From positions 1-23,904 of the forward strand of contig NIVC01004237.1 in the NCBI GenBank assembly GCA_002269645.1: a stretch of 23,904 nt of DNA. The letters are read 5' to 3'. Positions 10,725-19,988 of this stretch are shown piece by piece; position 1 is the first letter of the stretch, and the number at the start of each line of letters is the position of its first letter. A model generated the notes under the pieces. It had not been told where the DNA came from, searched no databases, and saw only the letters and a list, made by a program, of their open reading frames with translations. This DNA comes from Macrostomum lignano. Taxonomy: Eukaryota. A program made the translations under genes and the position numbers.

Positions 10725-11040
10725 GCACTCTGTAGCCAGTGGTTGGAGCGTCGGACTCACGACTTGAAGGTCGGGGGTTCGATTCCTGATCTCACCGGAA
10801 CGATTTGTGTCCTTTAGCAAGACACTAAACTCTGCGTTTCTTCAGTTCACCCAGCTGTAAAATGGGTGCCAGCATTAGCTGGGGTAATTGAGGCTGTGTG
10901 TGGCGACCCCCCCCCCCAGGTCCTTGGACTGAACAGCCGTACGCAGCCTTCAGATGCGCCGCGCAATATCTGAGGCTGAGCTGTTGGTTGCACATCTGCC
11001 CATTTAGGGCAGGTGTAATCAATTATAGTTTTATTATTGT
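10725..11040 (+). mobile_element. tRNA-derived CORE-like SINE, copy 3 (near full length)
   Basis: A/B boxes, core nearly identical to copy 2, 3' hairpin at 10992-11016, AT-rich tail. Confidence 0.9.
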
Positions 11041-11193
11041 GCTTTATAATTGTCTGAAAGCTGAAAATGTTATTAGCGCACAATGCGTACTTAGGGACAA
11101 ATTAGCACAGAGTCTTGCTCGAACAAGATAAAAATTCGATTTCGGCTCAACAAAATGAACCAAGATATTACTGCTTATTCCTCCATCAACCAG

Positions 11194-11337
11194 ACCCTGC
11201 ATTCGTCGAATTCTCGAGCGCGACTCTCCGCCCAGCTCGCGTCTAGCACTGCAGGTGGTCAGTCTGCGATGGAGCAGCAACTCGGACAGAACAGAGACTG
11301 GAAAGCAGCCGCGCAACAGCAGCAGCAGCAGCTCAAG
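11194..11337 (+). CDS. BRCA2: BRCA2 exon (helical domain/OB1 junction)
   Basis: ccag|A CCC TGC: PCIRRILERDSPPSSRLALQV matches human [21 protein letters not shown]. The 3' end is ambiguous: either a donor GTCAGT at 11258, or a 1-nt indel near 11265 and donor AAG|GT at 11338. Confidence 0.75.
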
Positions 11338-11434
11338 GTTCACTTTGCTGGCTTTGCATTTTATTAGGAAACTCCGGCTTCTATTCAATCCTTGCTGCCA
11401 TTGCCCTGTCAGACTGTGTGTATCCTCCCCTCCC

Positions 11435-12012
11435 CTCTACCTGTTTATGTCTCCCCTCTACCTGTCTGTGTCGCCACTCTACCTGTCTGTGTCTCCCCTC
11501 TACCTGTCTGTGTCTTCCCTCTACTGTCTGTGTCTTCCCTCTACCTGTCTGTCTTCCCTCTACCTGTCTGTGTCTCCCCTCTACCTGTCTGTGTCGCCAT
11601 CTACCTGTCTGTGTCTCCCCTCTACCTGTCTGTGTCTCCCCTCTACCTGCCTGTGTCTCCCCTCTACCTGTCTGTCTTCACTCTACCTGTCTGTGTCGCC
11701 ACTCTACCTGTCTGTGTCTCCCCTCTACCTGTCTGTGTCTCCCCTTTACCTGTCTGTGTCTCCCCTCTACCTGTCTTTGTCTCCCCTCTACCTGTCTGTG
11801 TCTCCCCTCTACCTGTCTGTGTCTCCCCTCTACCTGTCTGTGTCTCCCCTCTACCTGTCTGTGTCTCCCCTCTACCTGTCTGTGTCTCCCCTCTACCTGT
11901 CTGTGTCTCCCCTCTACCTGTCTGTGTCTCCCCTCTACCTGTCTGTGTCTCCCCTCTACCTGTCTGTGTCTCCCCTCTACCTGTCTGTGTCTCCCCTCTA
12001 CCTGTCTGTGTC
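11435..12012. repeat. 21-bp minisatellite (CTCTACCTGTCTGTGTCTCCC)n in BRCA2 intron
   Basis: Tandem units, diverged at the left and homogeneous at the right; explains the PLYLSVS / LPSTCLC ORFs. Confidence 0.95.
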
Positions 12013-12138
12013 TGGCCGTCTGACAATTGTCTCGCCAGCATTTTTCTCTGCCTATACTATTTACCACTTGCTACTGTTGGTCAGTAGTTTATAAGCAGCG
12101 TGTGATCATTTGACGCATTAATTAGTTTCCCGATTTAG

Positions 12139-12597
12139 GTGACCCTCACGGACGGCTGGTACTGCATCGGCGCACAGCTGGATCCCCTGCTGTGCCGCGC
12201 AGCCTCCGCCGGCCTCATCAAACCGGGCACCCGGCTGCTCACCTGCCAGGCTGAACTGATTGGCTGCTCTGAGGCCTGCCAGCCGCTGGAAGCGCCGGCC
12301 AGCGCCGCTCTCCGTCTCCATGGCAACAGCACCCGACGCTGCGTTGCCAACCGAAGAGTCCGGCTGGGCTTCGCCGACGCCTCGCCGATGCCGGTGTCGC
12401 TCAGCTCACTGCGGCCCGACGGCGGCAAGGCTGGCGCTCTGCACCTGTTCGTCAGCCGGCGGTACCCCCGGCAGTTCATGGAGCGCAGCCCTGGCAGCGA
12501 CGCCAGGGTGTTCCGCGGGGCTCGAGCCGAGGACCGACGGGCCAGGGAGTTCGAGGCTGAGGCCCGCCGGCGAATGGAGGAAGCTGTGGAGGACCAG
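12139..12597 (+). CDS. BRCA2: BRCA2 exon (OB1 and start of OB2/Tower)
   Basis: tttag|GTG...CAG|gttggt. VTLTDGWYCIGAQLDPLL...AELIGCSEACQPLEAPASAALRLHGNSTRR...SLRPDGG...RRYPRQFME matches human ELTDGWYAVKAQLDPPL...[29 protein letters not shown]...SLFSDGG...RAYPIQWME. Confidence 0.95.
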
Positions 12598-12611
12598 GTT
12601 GGTGGCTGCTT

Positions 12612-13056
12612 CCAGTTGCTGGGCCGCCAGCCTCCCAGATCCCCAGTTGCTGGACCAGACTCCCAGATCCCCAGTTGCTGGACCAGACTCCCAGATCCCC
12701 AGTTGCTGGCCAGACTCCCAGATCCCCAGTTGCTGGGCCGCCAGCCTCCCAGATCCCCAGTTGCTGGACCAGCCTCCCAGATCCTCAGTTGCTGGGCCGC
12801 CAGCCTCCCAGATCCTCAGTTTGCTGGACCAGACTCCCAGATCCCCAGTTGCTGGGCCAGACTCCCAGATCCCCAGTTGCTGGGCCAGACTCCCAGATCC
12901 CCAGTTGCTGGGCCAGACTCCCAGATCCCCAGATCCCCAGTTGCTGGGCCAGCCAGCCTCCCAGATCCCCAGTTGCTTGGCCAGACTCCCAGATCCCCAG
13001 TTGCTGGGCCAGACTCCCAGATCCTCAGTTGCTGGGCCGCCAGCCTCCCAGATCCC
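12612..13056 (+). repeat. ~28-bp composite minisatellite (CCAGTTGCTGGGCCAGCCTCCCAGATCC-like) filling a BRCA2 intron
   Basis: Tandem variants between the donor at 12598 and the acceptor at 13077; same family as 23022-23425. Confidence 0.93.
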
Positions 13057-13077
13057 AACACCGCATCCCAATTTCAG

Positions 13078-13461
13078 CTGGGCTCCAAGCCCCCGCAGCA
13101 GCGCGGCCGTCTCTACCAGCCTGATGAAGTGTCCCAGCTGAGCACCGGCGAGGAGCTTCAGGCCGCCCTGCGCTCCGCCCTGAACGCGGACGAACTGCAG
13201 GCCTGGCTGACGGAGCGTCAGCGAGACGTCCTGACTCGGCACCGGGAGCAGCTGCTGCCGCCGCTCGTCCAGCAGCGTCAGGTGACGCCGCTGGTTCGCC
13301 TGCTGGTCATCGGCACCGAGGACGCCGACTTGGACGAAGGCGCCGTGGCCACCCTGACTGTGTGGAACCCGGAGGAGGGCGCCGAGTCCTGGCTGCGCGA
13401 GGGCTGCGGCCTGCTGGTGCTCGGGGCGAATGTGGGATCCGCTGCTTCCGGCGGGCATCGG
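13078..13461 (+). CDS. BRCA2: BRCA2 exon (three-helix bundle and OB2)
   Basis: tttcag|CTG...CGG|gtgcga. VSQLSTGEELQAALRSALNADELQAWLTERQRDVLTRHREQL and RQVTPLVRLLV...LTVWNP...LREG match human LQDGAELYEAV...EEQLRALNNHRQML and RDVTTVWKLRIV...LSIWRP...LTEG. Confidence 0.88.
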
Positions 13462-13497
13462 GTGCGATTTTGTCGGGTGGGGGGGGGGGTTGGTTGC

Positions 13498-14030
13498 TAG
13501 GAAATCGCTCATAGGGTCATCGTGTTTTTAGGAAATCGCTCATAGGGTCATCGTGTTTTTAGGAAATCGCTCATAGGGTCATCGTGTTTTTAGGAAATCG
13601 CTCATAGGGTCATCGTGTTTTTAGGAAATCGCTCATAGGGTCATCGTGTTTTTAGGAAATCGCTCATAGGGTCATCGTGTTTTTAGGAAATCGCTCATAG
13701 GGTCATCGTGTTTTTAGGAAATCGCTCATAGGGTCATCGTGTTTTTAGGAAATCGCTCATAGGGTCATCGTGTTTTTAGGAAATCGCTCATAGGGTCATC
13801 GTGTTTTTAGGAAATCGCTCATAGGGTCATCGTGTTTTTAGGAAATCGCTCATAGTGTCATGGTTTTATAATGAAATCCCTCATAGGGTCATGATGTTAT
13901 AAAGGAATCGCTCATAGGGTCATGGTGTTATAAGAGAATCGCTCATAGGGTCATGGTGTTATAAGAGAATCGCTCATAGGGTCATGGTGTTATAAGAGAA
14001 TCGGTCATAGGGCCATGGTGTTATAAGGGA
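13498..14030. repeat. 31-bp minisatellite (GAAATCGCTCATAGGGTCATCGTGTTTTTAG)n in BRCA2 intron
   Basis: About 11-12 near-perfect copies to ~13860, then diverged ~32-bp copies. Confidence 0.95.
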
Positions 14031-14107
14031 GTCGTTTATCTCTCACAGATCCCAGCTAAGTCTCCAACAGGAAATCTCTTATTCGTTGCCATCACCCGGA
14101 CACGCAG

Positions 14108-14449
14108 ATGTCTCTGAACCTCAGCCGCGGCGGCCTTATCCGACCCCTGGAGCTCGGGCAGCGCGCCGACCTCATCCTGACGCGGCACCGACCTCGCAGT
14201 TTCCTCCGCCTGCCCTTGCCGCCAGCACAACACGCCGGTGCAATCATCGACAACGAATTAGACCTCCGCGGCCTGCTTGTCGCCGTGTGGGACGACGGCC
14301 GAATGATGGCGGTGCTGGCCGATCCGGAGCGTTGCGACGGCGACGGCGACTGCGGCAGCGCCGGCCTCGTCTGTGTCCGGGTCTGGGCTGGCCTGGCCAG
14401 TCTGGCCTGGCCGCTCACGGGCAGACCGCTTGCCGCCTTCAACCTGCAG
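14108..14449 (+). CDS. BRCA2: BRCA2 exon (OB2 end and OB3)
   Basis: cgcag|ATG...CAG|gtgggg. NELDLRGLLVAV...LVCVRVWAGL...LAAFNLQ matches human SEVDLIGFVVSV...LLAIKFWIDL...IAASNLQ. Confidence 0.88.
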
Positions 14450-14479
14450 GTGGGGCTGCTGATGGCCTGCGGTTCCTAC

Positions 14480-14630
14480 TGCTTCTCTCCCCTCTCCCTC
14501 TCACCCTCCCCTTCCCCCCTCACCCTCCTCTCACCCTCCTCTTACCCTCACCCTCCTCACCCTCCTCTCACCCTCCTCTTACCCTCGCCCTCTCACCCTC
14601 TCCCGCCCCGCCACCCAATTTTTATTGCCT
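14480..14630. repeat. C/T-rich low-complexity tract in BRCA2 intron
   Basis: Degenerate CCCT/CACCCTCCT units. Confidence 0.8.
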
Positions 14631-15046
14631 TCCTCGGTTGTTCCAGCCTAAATCTGCCATGTACATTTCTGTGGCCAATGTACATTATGACTGAACCAAT
14701 TAGCAAGCTGTTTACGCGCCTGCAAGCTTGGGCTTCTAAGCTTATCAAAGTCATTTCAGCTGCCTTTATTCTTATAAATTATGACTAGCTTATGTATTCT
14801 CCATTGCTACAGGACTGAAGTACTATTAGAAAAACAGCTGTTTTGCTAAGTATAAATGCCTGAGTGGCCAATCTAGTTATTCTAGTCTCCCTGTTGTCAG
14901 GCCTGATGAATAAGTATACCGGTAGACTATGGAAAATCGGCAATCTACCCAAATATTTCCTGGGCACTGGGTGTCTCTCCCTCTGTTCCCCTCTGCCTCC
15001 CATTCCCATGCCCTGTCAGCTCAGCAACTCAATATTTCTGCTCCAG

Positions 15047-15607
15047 CGCCGCTCAACCGGCGCCGAGGTGCTGCCCGGCCTGCCGCTGCTGCACTTCACC
15101 GATCTGAGCGACCTGTCAGCCTTGAACCCGGCCGACCTGCCCAGCTCGTTCCGCTCAGCTTTGAACTCGTCATCGACTCTGATAAGCAGGGCTCGGGAGT
15201 TTCTGTCTGGCCAGCTGGGCCTCGGCCTGCCCGACCTGGAGCCCGTTGCCATGCCAACCACGCCAGCCTCTTCTAATAGAAACCAATCCCTACTGCAGCG
15301 GCACAGATTTGTCGATAGTCCGACATTGACGCGTCAGATTGCCGGCGGCAGCGGCGTCCGACAGCCGGGCTTGCGTCGGTCGATCGGCTTCAAGAAACAG
15401 CAGCAGCAGACTCCTTCGTCTAGCGACAATAAAGAACACGCAGCGCTGGTTGCTACTACCAGTAGCATCAGTAGTAGCTGTTGCGGCGTGGGTAATTCGA
15501 GAAAGCGTCGGAGTCAAGATTCGATTGTCGGCGCCGATGGCGACGGCGGATTCGACGGGTCGTCTGCGGCGGCGGCGGCGGGCGCCGGGATTCGCAAGCG
15601 TCGCTAG
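15047..15607 (+). CDS. BRCA2: BRCA2 last exon (OB3 end, disordered basic tail)
   Basis: ctccag|CGC in phase 0. PGLPLLHFTDLSDLSALNP...FRSAL resembles human SGLLTLFAGDFSVFSASP...FQETF. Ends GIRKRR-stop (NLS-like) and may extend to 15681 if there is an indel. Confidence 0.82.
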   Translation, partial: RRSTGAEVLPGLPLLHFTDLSDLSALNPADLPSSFRSALNSSSTLISRAREFLSGQLGLGLPDLEPVAMPTTPASSNRNQSLLQRHRFVDSPTLTRQIAGGSGVRQPGLRRSIGFKKQQQQTPSSSDNKEHAALVATTSSISSSCCGVGNSRKRRSQDSIVGADGDGGFDGSSAAAAAGAGIRKRR

Positions 15608-15849
15608 ACGTGTCCATCGCTGATCTGGTGAAGACCAAGCGAAGGTCGCTGGCGGCCAGGAGTCCCAGCGTTGGCAACTAGGGACTGTGAGAAATGGACC
15701 GACTTCACAACTGTGTTGTTCGTGTTGGCAATGAGGATTCTTAAATACTGTTTGTGAGGAATTCCCTATCGACTGTTCATTGGGGATTTCTAAATTGTTT
15801 ATGGGAACTTCCTACGAAGTTTATAATGGGTGTTTATTGGTTTATAAAT

Positions 15850-16780
15850 AGTTTATGACAGTTTGTTAAAAGAATTGTTTATGGAAGTGCTTAAAGATTC
15901 TTATAAGAGTTTATGACAGGTTGCTTAAACAGTTTATGACAGGTTTGTTAAACAGTTTATGACAGGTTGGTTAAACAGTTTATGACAGGTTGTTTAAACA
16001 GTTTATGACAGGTTGGTTAAACAGTTTATGACAGGTTGGTTAAACAGTTTATGGGAGGTTGGTTAAACAGTCTATGAGAGGTTGGTTAAACAGTTTATGA
16101 GTTTGTTCAAACAGTTTATGAGACTGGTTAAACAGTTTATGGGAGGTTGGTTAAACAGTTTATGGAGGTTGGTTAAACAGTTTATGGAGGTTGGTTAAAC
16201 AGTCTATGAGAGGTTGGTTAAACAGTTTATGAGTTTGTTCAAACAGTTTATGAGACTGGTTAAACAGTTTATGACAGGTTGTTAAACAGTTTATGAGACT
16301 GGTTAAACAGTTTATGACAGGTTGGTTAAACAGTTTATGGGAGGTTGGTTAAACAGTTTATGGGAGGTTGGTTAAACAGTTATGAGAGGTTGGTTAAACA
16401 GTTTATGAGTTTTTTCAAACAGTTTATGAGACTGGTTAAACAGTTTATGACAGGTTGGTTAAACAGTTTATGGGAGGTTGGTTAAACAGTTTATGGGAGG
16501 TTGGTTAAACAGTCTATGAGAGGTTGGTTAAACAGTTTATGAGTTTGTTCAAACAGTTTATGAGACTGGTTAAACAGTTTATGACAGGTTGGTTAAACAG
16601 TTTATGGGAGGTTGGTTAAACAGTTTATGGGAGGTTGGTTAAACAGTCTATGAGAGGTTGGTTAAACAGTTTATGAGTTTGTTCAAACAGTTTATGGGAC
16701 TGGTTAAACAGTTTATGACAGGTTGGTTAAACAGTTTATGAGAGGTTGGTTCAATAGTTTTTTAGAGGTAGGTTAATTAT
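15850..16780. repeat. 20-23-bp satellite (TAAACAGTTTATGRSAGGTTGGT) with higher-order structure
   Basis: Monomer variants ATGACAGG, ATGGGAGG, CTATGAGAGG, ATGAGTTTGTTC and ATGAGACTGG recur in a fixed order. Confidence 0.93.
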
Positions 16781-17399
16781 TTTATGTAGGTATATTTAAA
16801 CAGTTTATGGGTGGCTTAAGAGTATATAGTTTTTGGAGGACTATGAAACTGTTTATTTGAAAGTTGTGAGAGGTCATTAAACAGTTTATAGAGAATCCCA
16901 TGAGTCTTGAGTGGAAGATGCATTCAACAGATTAAACAGGACTTTTCAAACAAAGATCATTATAGATATCGTTCAAGGCGCGGAAGAGCATCAGGTCCCA
17001 AACGTTGAAATTGAGGTTTTCAAGAGTTTTTTTTCAATTTTTTCTGGTCTTCTTTTGTTGCTCGGCATCTTACCACCAGCTTGTAGCCTCTCATTTTTTC
17101 AATTTCTTTAAAGCCTTTTTCTGCTTTGCATTTCCAATTGCATTGATTTTCTGTCAGTTCGTTGCATGTCTTTATTATTTATCTTCGGTACCGACCTTGC
17201 CGCTGTACTCGCACACAGCATGGCAGGTGCTGTTCAGCTTTTTAATATTTCTTGCATAAGTACGAAAGTTTTGCATGCGTAACACCCCAAATAAAAACTT
17301 TTTGTGAATTCAAACCGAAAGCCATCTGTTTTTTTCTAATGTCTGTTCTTTTTAAAACGCAGCTCTCTTTTGCTCGCTCTGTGACTTATTTCGCCTGAA

Positions 17400-17419
17400 G
17401 ACAGACAGACAGACAGATT

Positions 17420-17451
<32 letters not shown>

Positions 17452-17462
17452 CACACACACAC

Positions 17463-17501
<39 letters not shown>

Positions 17502-17613
17502 CACAGACAGACAGACAGACAGACAGACACACAGACAGACAGACAGACAGGCAGACAGACACACACACAGACACACACAGACAGACAGACAGACAAACAG
17601 AGACAGGCAGACA

Positions 17614-17651
<38 letters not shown>

Positions 17652-17804
17652 GACAGACAAACAGAGACAGGCAGACAGACACACACACACACACAGACAG
17701 ACAAACAGAGACAGGCACACACACACAGACAGACAGACAGACAGGCAGACAGACACACACACACAGACAGACAGACACACACACAGACAGACAGACAGAC
17801 ACAC

Positions 17805-17841
<37 letters not shown>

Positions 17842-17894
17842 CACACACACAGACAGACAGACACACACACAGACAGACAGACAGACAGACACAC

Positions 17895-17943
<49 letters not shown>

Positions 17944-17968
17944 CACAGACAAACAGACAGACACACAC

Positions 17969-18001
<33 letters not shown>

Positions 18002-18126
18002 TAGAGACAGACAGGCAGGCAGACAGGCAGGCAGACACACAGACAGACAGACAGACAGACACACAGACAGACAGACAGACAGACACACACACAGACAGAC
18101 AGACAGACAGACAGACACACACACAC

Positions 18127-18157
<31 letters not shown>

Positions 18158-18210
18158 CACACACACAGACAGACAGACACACACACAGACAGACAGACAG
18201 ACAGACACAC

Positions 18211-18259
<49 letters not shown>

Positions 18260-18284
18260 CACAGACAAACAGACAGACACACAC

Positions 18285-18321
<37 letters not shown>

Positions 18322-18442
18322 TAGAGACAGACAGGCAGGCAGACAGGCAGGCAGACACACAGACAGACAGACAGACAGACACACAGACAGACAGACAGAC
18401 AGACACACACACAGACAGACAGACAGACAGACACACACACAC

Positions 18443-18481
<39 letters not shown>

Positions 18482-18550
18482 CACACACACACAGACACAC
18501 ACACACACACAGACAGACAGACAGACACACAGACAGACAGGCAGGCAGAC
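17400..18550. repeat. Compound (CAGA)n/(CA)n microsatellite, ~1.15 kb
   Basis: Directly visible; explains the CLSV / DRQT ORFs. Confidence 0.97.
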
Positions 18551-19469
18551 AGTGCAAATACAAAAACCTGAAGACACAAGCCTACCTGAAGCTGTTATTA
18601 TACATCGAACCTGCGGTATGCTGTGGATATTGACAGCAGGTATAACATATGCCTGCCGCATTCCCTACGGCAGTTTGGCAGCAGCGGCAGCAACTTAAAG
18701 AAATGATAATTAAAGACTTCAGAAAGATTGGGTGCGACTCCAATTACTCATAGTAGTGCCGAAGGGTTTATAAAGCTGAATTATATTATATTATCAGACA
18801 GTGCAGCGCGCAGTTACAGAAAATGAGATGGACGAGAAAACAGATAGCTAAAAAAAGTGACACAAATCAATCAATCAATTAACCTAAAAATGAAGAAACA
18901 AACTCAGTTTATGTACAACAGTGCATGTAACACACGCAAATTAAACAGACATATATGACCTGCAACTATGGCACACAGCAATAAATCATAAATAATGATA
19001 TTCAATCACTCAATCGAACCCGTCGAGGAAACCCAAGCAACCAATATGAAGTATCAAAATTTGTACTTTGAAAATGAATTATTTATGAGCTAGGCTGCCT
19101 TAAGCCCTGGCCTGGTCGGGGTGCACATTTACACAAATATATATCGAATTAATTTAACTGGGCACAGATTAACTACTTAGTTAGTAGTTTTCCAATTTTG
19201 ACGCGTATTAAACAACGTGTTGAAAAATCACAATGCCCAGTTAAAATTAATTGGCAAAAGAAGTAAAAGTAAAAAAGCAGCTAAAAACAGCGATTCGTTA
19301 CGGGCAATTAAATAAAATAAGTATAGTTGCTGATGCTGACTGACTGTGATGGAGTTAATCCAATTTGATTCACGTTTTTTAAACTAGCAAACAATTTTAA
19401 ACCTATAATTGACAGGTTGACAGGTAACTTGAGGTTGAGTGATTAGTTAAGAGAGACGTTCTGAAGGTG

Positions 19470-19920
19470 GATTACACTAATTATGATGGGGATTATTGGG
19501 ACACCAATTATGATGGGGATTATTGGGACACCAATTATGATGGGGATTATTGGGACACCAATTATGATGGGGATTATTGGGACACCAATTATGATGGGGA
19601 TTATTGGGACACCAATTATGATGGGGATTATTGGGACACCAATTATGATGGGGATTATTGGGACACCAATTATGATGGGGATTATTGGGACACCAATTAT
19701 GATGGGGATTATTGGGACACCAATTATGATGGGATTATTGGGACACCAATTATGATGGGGACTTTTTGGGACACTAATTATGATGGAGATTATTGGGACA
19801 CTAATTACGGAGGGGATTATTGGGACACTAATTACGGAGGGGATTATTGGGACACTAATTACGGAGGGGATTATTGGGACACTAACTACGGAGGGGATTA
19901 TTCGGAGGCCAATTATGGTT
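19470..19920 (+). repeat. 27-bp tandem repeat (GGGACACCAATTATGATGGGGATTATT)n, possibly coding (DTNYDGDYW)n
   Basis: About 16 units; ORF 19467-19934 spans the array. Confidence 0.9.
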
Positions 19921-19988
19921 CAGATTACATCTAGGGACACGAACTCCGCAAACTTGTAAAATTCAAACCCACCCCACCGAGTCAAACA

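Noticed and set aside
11255-12094. Long ORFs PLYLSVS / LPVCVSP / GRGETQT
   Set aside because: Products of the 21-bp intronic minisatellite.
12260-13512. Alternative-frame and antisense ORFs over BRCA2
   Set aside because: High GC plus a stop-poor repeat; only one frame matches BRCA2.
17336-18661. 400-aa CLSV-repeat ORFs
   Set aside because: Translations of the (GTCT)/(GT) microsatellite; only the non-repeat ends may be exonic.
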